64,000 nt of DNA from Psammoneis japonica (taxonomy: Eukaryota): assembly GCA_008632985.1 (NCBI GenBank), contig QPGO01000086.1:248001-312000 (forward strand). The letters run 5' to 3'. Each line of letters starts with the position of its first letter. Within the stretch, counting starts at the first letter, position 1. Shown one piece after another: positions 13,107 through 25,448 of the stretch. The translations under genes and the position numbers were made by a program. The notes under the pieces are model-generated. The model saw nothing but the letters and a program-made list of their open reading frames with translations. It searched no databases and was not told the origin of the DNA.

Positions 13107-14929
13107 CTAGGATTCTAGGTCGCATTGTTTTTGCTCCACAGCTTTCCTGTCTGCAATCCATTTGGTTCCGTCCAACTTTACTGTTCCTCCCATTGCAGCC
13201 GGCAACATGTGGCTCAGAACACCATACTCGGATAAGGCGTCAAGGATTTCGCTCTCGGGTACACAGTGGTACACCTTGCGCAAGCGCGTTTCCTGGCTAA
13301 TGAGAGCAAATTCAACTGGCTTGATTAACATGCGTGAGATTCTGGATGGACAACACAGGTGCGAAGCAATCTTCTGAATTGGGAAGCAGATGTCCTGGTA
13401 TCGAACAAAATGATTGTAAGCATAGCGATCATAATCCCAAATTGTCGCATTCTTGGGCCAGCATATATCGACGTAACCGCGGCTAACAACATGTGTGTTT
13501 TCATTGCCAAGCAATTCTATTGTATACCATAGGGCACGCAGCTGTAACAGGGAAACGGAAATATTGTGAGTCACGAAACCACATGGCAACGAACTGAATT
13601 TGGTTTCATCGTACGTACAAAACTCTTAGATGAATATCGTTCTGGTGTGCGACGATGCGGTTCCGAGTAGAGTATTTGTCTACCTGACGAGTCCAAATGG
13701 GGTAGGACGCAAAGCACACGATCTTCAATGGCTTCTAAATCATCCTTCAGAGCTTCACTCAAAGTCATTCTCAACAAGTACTTTTCTGGCCCAAACACTT
13801 CAAGACGACCCTCCCAATACTTGACAAACCGCTGAGCTCCGAGCTTGGGATTCATGCCCTCGCGTCGTAAGAATTTCTCCAGGCGTTCATCACTAAACTC
13901 AGCCGCCCTATGACATTTTGCCTGTGCCTTCACCAGTGCCTGCTTCTCAGTCTCTGGGATCTTATCAAGTTCTTGTCTCATTTGCCCTATTAGAGAATCA
14001 ATCGACTTGTCGTCCTTGTCACGATCCGTTTTTGCACGTTTGCTTTTCGCCGCGGGGTCGATCGTACAATAGTTACCAAACAAATCAGACATGACCGCTG
14101 CTCTTTCAGCGTCCGTCAGTTGGCTCCTTTCCAACTCTTCTTGCTTCTCTGTAAACTTTGGGAGTCCGGCGACAGCCAACTTGGCGAGTTCGGTTTCCTC
14201 GTCTTCCAATGACGCGAGGGACTCCAGGTCCGACTGAGAGCTAGTTTCAGGGAGTGAGAATGTATCATCGATCAGGTCCTCTCGTGCGACTACGTTAGGA
14301 TTCTCTTCTGCGGCAGGTGGACCCAGAAAAGGAAAAGAGAGGCCTCCAATCAAGGAATTTGAAGAGTCTGTCGTCTGAGAAGAATCAGAAAACAAGCTGT
14401 TTTGTACCTGGGAAAAGGAGGAGTTTGTCGATGCATGCTGCAGAGGATAGAATGGGTTCTTGAAAGGAGCATCGTGATTCTCCTTGTTCCCGTCTGCTTC
14501 TGTTGACCCTCTGTTCTTCTTTGTTCTAGGCTTACTCTGTGTCCGCAATGACTGTTTGCATTTCTCCAGAGCATCTTTCTCGTCCGCTACATACCAAACA
14601 CCATCGCGAACGACATTTCTTGCTCTTTTACCATTGGTTAGTTTGAGAAACCGGCCACCACGTGATGTTATTTTCTGGTAGACTTTCTTTGCAATCTCTG
14701 CTTTCTTAGAGTATGAGTCTGTTCCGTTGTATTCTGCTTTGTGTAGCGCAACGACACGGAGAAAGCTCTTGTTCCCAACGTACTGGCTCTGTCCCAAGCC
14801 GCGGCCCATGAGAACATCGTCCGAGTTGAGATCCGATATTGTAGATGATGCGCTTTTTTCGAGCGTCACGTTCTTAATGATGCTCTCTGCATGGGGTTGT
14901 ACCGAGGATGCGTTCTTGATGTTGTTCAT
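13107..14929 (-). CDS. DUF6824 + CRAL-TRIO-like protein, intron 13542..13618
   Basis: DVLMGRG..GNKSFL..GGRFLK..W..A.EK..QSLR (DUF6824), followed by FLRREGMN..AQRFVKYW..RLEVFG, DSSGRQI and LP..MGG. Splice SKSF|LRAL. Confidence 0.8.
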
Positions 14930-15479
14930 TGTCAGGTCTTTCACGGCTAGCTGACCGCTACAACACAAAAGCATGCAGGAACAACAAAACGGAACTGCCA
15001 CGACACAACACACACCATTTCTGCACATGGCCGTAGATTCCTGGTACGGATCCACGCACGTAGAAATTTAACGAAGAAAATTCGTAGAATATTCATTCAA
15101 CTTCAACAACAGTGACGTCATCCTCATTTGCATTACTTCAGGGTAGGTGCTGCTCCAACAAAAGGAACGAACATGCACAACACACGTTGAGACAGAGCAC
15201 ATCTAGAGTTCTGTTGTAAGTTTTCAAAGTGCGAGAGGGCCCAGGCTGGGAAGAGGGCAAAGGAAGTGAGCAAAGCATTTGGATTGCTGAAAAGGAAGCA
15301 GAAAGAAGGAGACAGTTGCTGCAGCCAGAAAGAAGCAAAACAAGGTGGGTTCTCGCGGCGTGTCGTGTGACGCCATTCACCCAGGTGGAGAATCGGATGA
15401 TGAAGATGATGGCAACGATGCCTCGGAAGTGTTTGGGCTGGTGGACCTTGGGGGTTCTGACAGTGAGCCTGAAGAGAGC

Positions 15480-15830
15480 TCAGAGGGGATGAGGGAAAAA
15501 AGCTGTGCCAGGAGGGGGGGATGTTGGCAAAGCGGCCAGGTGAGTTCAGCGTCGCGCTGGGATTGGCTGGAGCTCAAGGTGAAGTGGGGCAAGAGTTTCC
15601 AGACTCAGGCTTGCTTGACAAGAATGCTGACCTTGTGGAGGACTTGATGCAGCTTGATGTTGGCTGGCTCCACCTCAAGCTGGAAAAGGAGGGCCAGCAC
15701 TTGCACTTGCTGCTCATGGCCAGCTGCTCCAAAGGGGTGCTTGGGGCATTGAATGCTGAGAGTCACTGTGAGCACATGAACTCAATGGGAAAGCTGGTGC
15801 TGACCAATGGGACCAGCTTTTTCTTGCAGC
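15480..15830 (+). mobile_element. hAT-like transposase C-terminal (dimerisation domain) remnant, TpA-depleted
   Basis: DLVEDLMQLDVGWLHLKL..GALNAESHCEHMNSMGKLVLTNGT resembles the A.S..ER..S motif, with likely Y->H and R->H changes. Confidence 0.55.
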
Positions 15831-16207
15831 AAGAATGTCAACTTGTGATCAGGCATGCCCCCACTTGCAGAGGTGATTCAGAGCTGTGTTGGGGAAGTCG
15901 TGCTTGATGGAAATGGAGTTTGCACAGACCAGCAAAGCTGTGGAAAGACTTGTGAACACCAGCTCTAAACTGTGCAAGCCACACCAAAATGCTGAATCTT
16001 GTTTAGAGAGAAATTTTTGACATGTTCCTGACATTTGCCTCTCTGCAAACTGTGAACTTCTCCCTGCTCAGCTGAAACACAGGGGAGTTTCCACATTGTG
16101 CACTCCACCCATCCATTTTGAAACATGTCCACAACCAAATGGCACCCAAGCCTTTCAGAGCCACCTCTTGACACCTGACAGGTGGAAGACAAAATGACAG
16201 GCTGGCT

Positions 16208-16466
16208 TGTTCATTGTCAAGACTTTCACGACGAGCTGACCGCTGTTGCAAAAGCAGGGACAACACACAACTTCATTGGAAATTGGAAACGGAGCTGCCA
16301 CGACACAACACACCCGACCACGCATCGCAGTGGCATCATTTCTGCACATGGCTGTAGATTCATGGTGCGGATCCACGCACGCAGAAATTTAATGAAGAAA
16401 CTTCGTAGAACATTCGCTCAACTTCAACAACAGTGACGTCATCCTCATTTACATTGCTGCTTCAGG
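16208..16466 (-). repeat. Duplicate of the promoter/5' end (14923..15141) of the DUF6824 gene
   Basis: Shared blocks gttcattgtca, ctgccacgacacaacacac, catttctgcacatggc, cggatccacgcacg and tcaacttcaacaacagtgacgtcatcctcattt. Confidence 0.9.
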
Positions 16467-18379
16467 CTGTGCAGAAAAAATGTGCATTGCTGGCATCCAG
16501 TCATTCAAATGTGAAAGTCTGAGTTTCGTGCTTCAATGTCATCAATTGAAGCTTGAGTGGTCCTGCCAAAGATTGCAAAGGAATGTTCTCACATTTCTTC
16601 CCCAACCACAGAAGCCGGACAATTGAAAGTGTCAACTCCATCTTTGTCCTGAACCAAAGCACAAACACACTGCCCAGCTTTGTGGTGATGGCAAATGATT
16701 GGGCAGCAGCACTTCCTTGTTGGCTGGGAAAGACCTTCAAAGCAATCATGGTCAATGTTGTTGACAAGATCTTGGCCCACACCTGAAAAATGACAGGCGC
16801 ATTTCATGAGGTGGTCAACAATCTCACTTGCATCATCCCCAAATCCTCAAACATGACAGACTCAGGAGACAGTCTTGGAACCACTTGAGTTGACAAGCCC
16901 CATTGAAGTGATCAAGGATCAACACCATGGCTGCAGTCTTTGAGTCTGTGCTGCCCAGAAACCAACAGGCATGTCCACCTGTCATGTGACAAAGGCAATT
17001 GACTGTGCAACAAAAGAATGGCTTGCATTTTGGCACGGCAAGCACATTGCGGCAAGCAGCTGTGGAATGATTGAGCAACACTGTGGCATGCTCTTTGACT
17101 TGCCTGTGGAAGATGGGTGCATTTTGTGCATGACTTTGGGGTCAAATGACTGGTCCTTGGGTGTGTCAAAGATTGTCTCTGGATGCAAGAATGAGGCTTG
17201 GTCCCATCAACAAAAAAGCTTGCCTTTGTGTGCAAGGCATTGATGGAACACACAACATCCTGAAGCACCTCAATGTTTGTGAACTCACAGCAATTGTCCA
17301 CACACAATGCAGGTTTTCCTCAACCCCCAGTCAAATGCAACAGCAGTGTGCACTTGGACCCACAGCAAGGCAAATCCTGAGGACCACATGCAAGCAGCCT
17401 GTGTCGACCTTGACGACATCCCCACACAACACCACGCCATTGCAGCAATCTCACCAAGCCAGTGAAACATGGGTTCTGGGGGTGTTGAGCCAGAAGCGGC
17501 TGGGCCCTCAGCACCAAATCATGAGAGTGCACCTGCTCCTGCCACAGAGGAAAGTGCCATCATGTGTGGGCTTCCCAAGAAAGTGGCGGGGTGGGCTGCT
17601 GACTCTGCTGGCAGATCCAGAGCCAGCAAGCCTGGCAATCACTTGATGATGCCCAGTGACAAGAGCAGCCTCATCTTTCTCACACTCCCTTGGGCTGGGA
17701 GTTTCTAGAAATGGGTGCTGGTTGTTGTGCACTCTTCAGCTCATTGGGAGCAAACCAAAGCTGCAGTTCCAGCATGAGAAACAAGATCAAAAAACACACA
17801 AGACAGTTCAGGAAGTGTGCACAGCTGTTGCCCTTTTCTCCATTTTTGCTCGTCTCTCTTTGTGTGGGTGCGCGCTTGCCTTGCAGCATCAAACAGCAAT
17901 GTGTGCTGCCATCAGAGTTGATTGCCGCCAGAGAGGTCTTGCTGTCAACATGGTCATTTCTTGTTCAGCCTTTGCTGTGTGGATGAGTGGTTTTTGTTGG
18001 CAGCAGCCTCAGCTTTGCTTTTTTCTCTTTTTGTCTCCTTGTTGTGTCAGGGAGTTCTTTTTGCTGCATTCACAGCACATGCTGTTCAGCACTTGTTTGT
18101 CACAAAAAGGTGTGCTTTGTGAGGGTGCATGTTTTGTTCCCTGCCAATGTTTGGTGGCTGATTCTTTGGACAAAACAATGCTTTGACTTTCTCATCATCA
18201 CACCAGCCAGTCAATCAAAACACCTTGGGTGGTTGGATTTTGTGATTGTGGTCTGTTTGGACAATGAGAGATCCCAAGGGCTGGCCTCATTTCTTTTGTC
18301 TCACCTGCCATCCACCCTTCAACCCTTGTGCTCATGCTTTTCTTGCACAGTGGCTCTCAGACCAGCCAAGAAGGTGATC

Positions 18380-19010
18380 CTTTTTTTGCTGGCTCACAGC
18401 ACAGTGGAATCTGCAGAGCAGAAGGCAATGATGTGCAGTCAAGTGCCTGTTTGGTTGTGTGCTGTCTCTCACAGACAGCGCCATGTCAGCAGATTTCTTG
18501 TCATCTCTGGGCACATCTGTCCATGCAAATCTGCTCAAAATCCATCTGCTGATGGCCCCAACATGCACTTGGCAATCTGCGCCAGCAGCAGATTTTTGCA
18601 GATTGTTTGTCAACTGAGTTCTAAACTTGAAGATGTCTGTCTGTGGGTGGGTGAAGCCTGTGTCATTTGGAAAATCATCAGGAGTCTTTGACAGAGAAAC
18701 AAGAAAATGCCCTGGCTCACCCAACAATTGCGCTGCAAAGTGGCACAAAATTTTGCCAAAATCATGCAGAGGTGCACGTGCGTGACATGCAATGTGATTC
18801 AAAAAACATCGATGTCACAGCTCAGCACCACGAGGTCCCACCTGGACCTGGAGCACGTCCGTTGTCATGCTGAAGAGATGACAGCAGCCAACTTCTTCAC
18901 AAAGCCTTTGCACGCAAGCCGACATCACAACTTTCGAAAGTTGATTTCAAACTTGGGTTGTGACACAACAGATGATGAGCATCCACAGGATGAGTGTGTT
19001 GGAGAACATG
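18380..19010 (+). mobile_element. Ty1/copia (CoDi-like) RNase H 3' end remnant with PPT/LTR start
   Basis: SKNIDV followed by EEMTAANFFTKPLHASRHHNFRKLISNLG (copia ADxFTKPL motif), then cacagga.gagtgTGTTGG near 18984-19002. Confidence 0.65.
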
Positions 19011-19640
19011 CAAGAACTTTTGTGCAGAGGTGGTGTGAGGTGCAGACCAAGTTGAGGGTGGATCCACATCCACTGATGGGTCGTTGGAGTGTGGATGACA
19101 CTTTCCAACAGGGAGAGACCTGATGGGTCTTCTTGCTGTTGCAAGCAACCTCAAAAGCAAGCACAAAGAGAACACCCACTGTGTGGTGCATGTCATCCCA
19201 ATGCAGGCCAGTTGCTGCATCGGTGCTGGTCAGGGTGCGTGTGCTCACAATGACCCAGCACACCTTGTCAAACATTGCTCTTGCACACATTCTGCAAAAC
19301 CCACATCTAACCAACCCCAATGGAGGACACAAAAGGGCTCGCCATGGCAGTTTGGAGCTGTCTCAAGCAAAGCCTCACACACAAAAACCAAGAGTGGAAA
19401 CTCAAGCCCTGAGGCCCCACCCACTGAAAGGGAGAAATGACCAAAGAAAACAGGAAAACAGATGTGCTGCAATTGCACGTTGATGCCTGCTTCTCAAACT
19501 TGTGGTTGCTTGTGCTGCAAACATGAAAGGCCGTGCAGCTCTTGTTGCACTTGTTCCAACAAATGCAAGAACAAGGCAGGACCACCTTCTTGCAGCCCCC
19601 AAGCAACAGGAGCTCAGACAAGAAGCCCAAGAGGAAACTT

Positions 19641-19900
19641 GGCCTGTTCCAGCTCCAGGTGCTCCGCGCGGGTTCGATTCCCATCATTTGGAAATTTGTG
19701 CATTTGGCGCAATTGACTTCTTCCAAATCCATTTTTTGCCAAATCGAAGGGTGAGCGCACACTTTGCATGCATTTTCGGGTGCACACTCACCTTTTGATT
19801 TTTGAAACGATCAAAATTGAAGGAGCCAATTGCGCCAAACTGCACAGAAAATCGGCCTCTCGCGTGATGAAAAGCAGAGCACCTGGAGCTGGAACAGGCC
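19641..19900. mobile_element. 260-bp foldback MITE with perfect 24-bp TIRs and 4-bp ACTT flanking duplication
   Basis: ggcctgttccagctccaggtgctc (19641-19664) is the exact reverse complement of 19877-19900. Further internal inverted arms. actt at 19637-19640 and 19901-19904. Confidence 0.85.
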
Positions 19901-20259
19901 ACTTGTGCCCTCTTCCCCAGAGACCAGCCCGCTTCAGTCAAAACTTTGTCAACTCATCAATGCCCCAACCCCTGATGTCAACAACAAAAGAAAGAGTGCC
20001 AAGTCAAACCCAGCATCAACAAAGAAAACAATGCACACAAGAATCAAGAGAAGGGCGTTGACAGTTGACAAGGGGGGGAGATGGCAAGGAGGTGGAAAAG
20101 CTGCCTCAAGGGAAAGAGATCTGTCAGAGAGGAGAAAAAAGACCTGAAGGGAGCTGTCATTTCATCACACGATGGCCCTGGCACCACACCCGACAACTTC
20201 AATGCAGGTGCAGGGAGCACCAGTTTTGTTGAGGCACATGGCGAGACATGCCATCTCAA

Positions 20260-21290
20260 TGATGGCTCTTGTTTGAATGGTGGGGCATCAGACAATCAAA
20301 CTTGGCAAGATTGCTGACACTGGCCAGTGCCCCACCTGCCCCCAATGGTGCAATGTCCCAAACTGATTCACTGGGAAAAGATTTGCTGCAGTGTTGGCAG
20401 CATTGCTGCATGGGTCAAGATGCAAAGTGCAAAGATGGAGCTCAGAAAGGTTCGCAGTGTGCCCAACGGTGATTTTGCAGCAGGGTTGCAGCAAAAATGC
20501 ACCAGGGACATCAAGACCTTGGCAGGCGGATGACTGGGGTGTGGACAAAAAAACACAAAAAGACGCTGATCAAGTGTGCGGAGTGGCTTCTTGCGAGCAA
20601 TCTTAAATCTGCTCAAAGGGACAAACAATCGCCAGAGCAGTGTGCCAACATGCTGATGTCACAAGAAAACCTGCAGGCTGCAGCAAGGCTTGTCATGGCT
20701 GAGTGCAAAAAAGGTGGAAAACTTGCGCTGGATGATGTTGATGAAAAAACAAACAAACCAGTCTTTGATGCGCTGCATTTGAAACATCCTGATTTGAGGG
20801 TTCTGGAAGAAGATCATTTTTGCATGTTTGGCAAATTGCCTGAGTTGTGGACATCATCATCACAGAGGCAGTGCGATCAAAACAGCTGCAAGAAAACAGC
20901 CAGGGAGTGTGAGTCTTTGGATGTCGGATGCCAGCTGGCATCAGAACAACTTCTTCATTGCAGAAAGGCCTGTGCATTGCTTGAAGGGGTGCCACGCACC
21001 ATGTTCCGCTGGGTCAGCAACGGGTCTCCCACTCAGACAGCCTGTTGGGCATTGGCAGCAAAGAGGCTTCTTGGGTGCCAAACAAAAATCTGGGAATCCA
21101 TCCAGTCAGCAGCACAAAAGAGGTCTGGCTGTGTGCTGTTGTCAAAGCCATTCTCTTTGTTGCTGGATCAGAAGCCAAAGAAAGAAGTGTGCAACATGGG
21201 TCAGCTTTTGCCAGCCTGGACAAAGCCAGCATTGCAGGCAGTGCTCATGCTGTGAATGTGCTCTGGGAGCAAGTGACACATGTTTGAAAA
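20260..21290 (+). mobile_element. CRE-like non-LTR retrotransposon RT N-terminal remnant, frameshifted and TpA-depleted
   Basis: Across frames: RWSSERFAV.PTVILQ, KGG.L..DDVDEKTNKPVFDAL..KHP, ARK.PGS, SNGSP....ALAAKRLLG, GIHPV...EVWL.AVVKAIL.VAGSEAK, AG..HAV..LWE. Confidence 0.7.
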
Positions 21291-21604
21291 GTGCCACAAC
21301 TTTCCATTTGTTGCTGCCTCCAATGGATTCCATGAGCTGAGCAGGATTCTGATGCTGCACAATGTGAGTCACATTTGACCATCTGAGGCAAAGTTTGCTT
21401 TCAATTGCTGTGAGCATTGGTTGACCCCAATTGTCTGCAGTCACTTCAGCAGGGTGTCCTTGCCAGGCCTGTGCAGCAAGGAAGGAGTTGCTCAAGGTGA
21501 TTCACATGGCAAGACAGTCTTCTGCAGATTGGGAGTTCTTCTGCTGGTTTGCAAAATGAGTGCTTGATTTCCCAATGCATGCACACCTTGCCACACTGAC
21601 AACT

Positions 21605-21629
21605 CAGCAGCAGCAGCAGCAGCAGCAGG
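21605..21629. repeat. (CAG)n microsatellite at the edge of a TpA-depleted block
   Basis: About eight CAG units directly visible. Confidence 0.9.
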
Positions 21630-21634
21630 GAAAT

Positions 21635-24082
21635 TCAACATCCCACAATGCGGTGCTTGCGGTGCCCCCCCGGAAGTAGACTTTTAGGTCTAACAAGCGA
21701 GCACCACACCATCATATCCACTCTGTATGGTGTGTACTCTGTAGCTATCGGGTCTGTCCTTTGCCCCACTAATGACTTACTAAGCTTCTTGAGTTTGCCA
21801 AGCTCTGACGGGATTGTACCTCGAAGTTCGTTAGCACCGATGTGATTGACATTGGTCAACTCTCCCAGCCACGTCGAAAGCGTTCCTGACAACCAATTAT
21901 CATCTAGATCCAGGTACTCTGTGACAGAGAATAATCGAGAGTTGAGTACGATGGTAGGGCCGTTGAAAGCCATAAAAGAAAACTACTTACCCAAGTGTCC
22001 CAAGTTCGCCAGCGGAGCATGCATCGTTCCGAACAAAATATAATCTTAACAAGGTTCAACGTTCGAAGATTCTCCAGTGCCACCATCGACAGCTTCTACG
22101 TACGGAGTTTCAAGGTATTCGTATTCGTCATCATCGTCAGTATAATTGTATGCAACATCATCGTATGGATAATTATTGTGTCCAGGCGGTCCAGGAGCCA
22201 TGGTGGCAGACAAGGTCACGGGCGTGGCAACAGCACAAGGACATTCGGCTGAAATTGCTACCTGAAAAATGGTGCAAAGGACATCCGGGATCGTGCCGTT
22301 TTCTGCAAACTCGTTGAGCTGTCCACAGTTGACAGCGGTAGGCTCAATGATGAGGGGAGGGAAGTTGTCCAAAGTATTGATCTTGTCAATAGAAGACTCG
22401 GCGAATTCCCCGTCACCACAGATTGGGCATGGGTCGTAGTATTCTCCCTCAATTATGACTGCATCGTCGTCCTTGGATATACATTCAACAGGTTTTTCAG
22501 TGGGAGGCTTGCCCCAAGCTTCCGTATACTCGTCATCGTCGCCATCGTTGTAATCGCCAAAGTTGTATTCTCCATTTCGTGATTTCTTTTCTAGTACTGC
22601 AATTGTTTCAACCATTTGCTCGTATTCTGCGTCTTGTTCCTCATACGCCTGAGATAGATCTTCGTATCCATAATCCTCTGTCGCCAACTTACGATCCCGC
22701 AAAGTGACCTCCCAGCGGGTGGTTTCGTAGTAGTCGCGATCAGTGCAATCCACTCCATACCAGGTACAAACACTCTTGCCAGACAATCCAATTGGGGGCG
22801 AATTTCCGCTTGCGCTCGTCCTCCTCATACGGGGCTCGTGATTGATCCGGTGGCACCCAAAGTACTTTAGTACAAGGTCGCCAACGCATCGCGCTGGACC
22901 AACATGAGACAGGTGGGTGGGGCCTGTGCTTCGTCTTCTTCGGCCACCACAATAGAGCACGCTGTATCGGACAGGATTTTTGGGTCTTGGTAGCGGGAGG
23001 TTGGAGCCGGAGCAGGTAGGAGATGGGGTACGACGAGGTGGCTCATTGCAATTCACGGACGAGCCAGAGAACATGCGATTCGCTGAGCCGGAGATAACCT
23101 GAGTGCTAGAAAACAACCTAACGTTGCTCTTGATGGTTAGGGCTGTTCCGCCTACTGTACCTCGCTATCCGACGTGATATTAACCTTCCCGCCCTTCTTC
23201 TGTACATTCCCAATAATGTTCCTTTACCCGTAATCTTTGCTTGTTGGATCTGAAAGACACCATTGGGTGTTGAGCACGACAGTGTTGTTCTTTCCACTAA
23301 TCAAGGTGACATCGGAAGAAATGATTGACAGATCACCATCGTTGCAGATAAAACTATCTTTGGTACCATACGATGACAAATCTAACACGCCGCGCAAGGA
23401 AGACATCGTAACATCACATTTCTCTTGGGCAAAAGCTTTCAATGCTTTTCTCGCATTCTTTTTCATACTCGATAGATCTGCACTTTGATTGACTATGCCG
23501 TCATCGGGGGCGGTTGCTCGAGGCTCGAAGTGAGAGCTACCGTTGACAACCTAATTACTCTCAAGTAAATCATAGCTGGCTCCGCACAAATCTCCAAAGA
23601 TAGCTGCTTCCAAGCTCCTCTTGTTTTTCACGACCACCTTCTTCCTTCCTCTATCCGACAGCATCAAGACGGCGCAACTACCAGCAGATCGCAGCGTTTC
23701 AATGGCATTTTCACATTTCTTCTCGGGCAAATAAGCAGCAAACAGAAGGGAGAAATTCGAAATAGAGTTTGTGGGTATATGGTTAGCCGGAAGCAAAGGT
23801 AAATTGTGAAAGGGAATATGATTAATCAACGTAGATCACCATTGTCTCTACGCACCACAGAAGCGAGCAGATTCTTATGGGGACTGGAGCCGGCATTGCT
23901 TGCCATGTTTCCGCGCAACATTGCTCCAAGGTCTAAGAAAAGCATGACGATCGCAGTGAGTCTCCTACATATCAGCGAATTCTGCAGAATTACGAAATAT
24001 CGCATTTCACACTATACCTGTTGCATCGCTTATTGCCAAACCAAGGAGGCAAAGGATTGCTTTGCACGAGGCCATCATCTTT
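21635..24082 (-). pseudogene. Degraded paralogue of the LRR/ice-binding-like gene at 8108..11937; 3' LRR exons lost at the repeat block
   Basis: Colinear similarity (LRSAG.CAVLM.SDRG.KKVV, VNC..PPRRT.SPT, KSVCTW.GVDCTDR, EYL.L..NWLSGT.S.WLGEL) with multiple frameshifts and deletions. Confidence 0.8.
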
Positions 24083-25448
24083 CGAACTCAGCGTTTTTGC
24101 TTGTTCTTTTTTACGACGGAACAAACCGAACAGCTCATTGTTGCCTTGTAAAAAGAGATATATTCTCACGAACGTACCGATAAGCAGGGACTCGACAAGA
24201 AATTCAAAATTAGCGCTGCCATGCAAGAGTGATATAACCGCGATCTCACCATTGACGGTGATGCGAATTCCGCACCAATAGCGGGCGCTGTCTTGTTCAC
24301 CTCTCCAAACGTTGCAAAGGTTCAACGCGGGTGACAGCAGCTTTTGACAACGCGACACAAAGCGTCAGTACCGTCGGCGGAACACCCCAGTATATCAAGT
24401 ACTTATTCAATTTCCTCGCAAACAACTCCATAGCCTAAGCGAGAGGACCTTCATTGCTTTTATCAGCATTATTTTTTGGAGGTAATTGCCACAGCAAACG
24501 ACCTGATCAATCGATATAGGGAACTGCCATCAACTGACGAGACAAGAGTGTCTTGGATACGTTTCATGACATGCTTTTATGGGATCGATGACAGGTGATT
24601 GTGACGGAGACACAAAGCGCCACAGCAACACCTCTCAGCTCGGCAGAGTCCAAATCAAATTCGATGAAAGCACTGCACGATGTTCAGCGTGCAGATTTCA
24701 GAAGAACTGTGTAGACGGCAGGGCCCTGCTTCTCTAGTAGAGAGTAGACTCCCTCTCTAGAGCTAGCAGCAAGAGAGTAGAGACAAGACAGAAGACACTT
24801 CTAGAGTCTCAATTAGTGGCTTGCGTTGCCGCATCCATCCTCCATCCTCCATGCCATCGCATACGGTACGGTATAGATAGACTACATCTTCGGCATGGGA
24901 TTCGCCATCTCGGTCGTCTGCTCCTCAGTCTGCTCCTCATCCACCCCCAGCCACATTCACGTAGAATTCTACTCAGTTTTGTACCAGATCATATCTTTTG
25001 CTGAGAAAAAATGAGAAGGGAGGCTGGCGCGAGTGAGGTCATTTTCCAAATTCGCAGTTGTTAAGTACAATTTTGGCGGGAAAGGAGAGATTTATGCCCT
25101 ACAGTCATTTTTCAAGTGAATGTCCGACCAGCATTGCCCCATGTTTTCGAACACCATTTTTTAAGGATCGAGAGCCTCACGCACGCCGACTCACGACCAA
25201 ACGCAGGTGCGGAGAAAAGACTTTTTCACGAAATACAAAATACCGCTGGGACTCATCAAAGCCACGTAACAAACAAGGAAAGACTAGCGTGAGCGTCACA
25301 GCAGCAAAAGGATTTACCCCGATAACTCTCTCCTGAGGAATTACGAAGTTTCGAGTACCGCAGTCACCACCTCGACCCGACTCTCCAGCTCCCACCCTGA
25401 TTCTTGAAACGAAGAAACACTGGAAGTTGTAAACAGATTGGACTTATT

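Noticed and set aside
19660..19690. tRNA gene suggested by GGTTCGATTCCC
   Set aside because: No acceptor, D or anticodon arms can be built; the motif lies within a MITE.
15138..21495. Dozens of overlapping Cys/His-rich ORFs here and in the other deserts as novel small proteins
   Set aside because: They lack Tyr and occur in all frames because TAA/TAG/TAY codons have been erased; they are a by-product of TpA loss.
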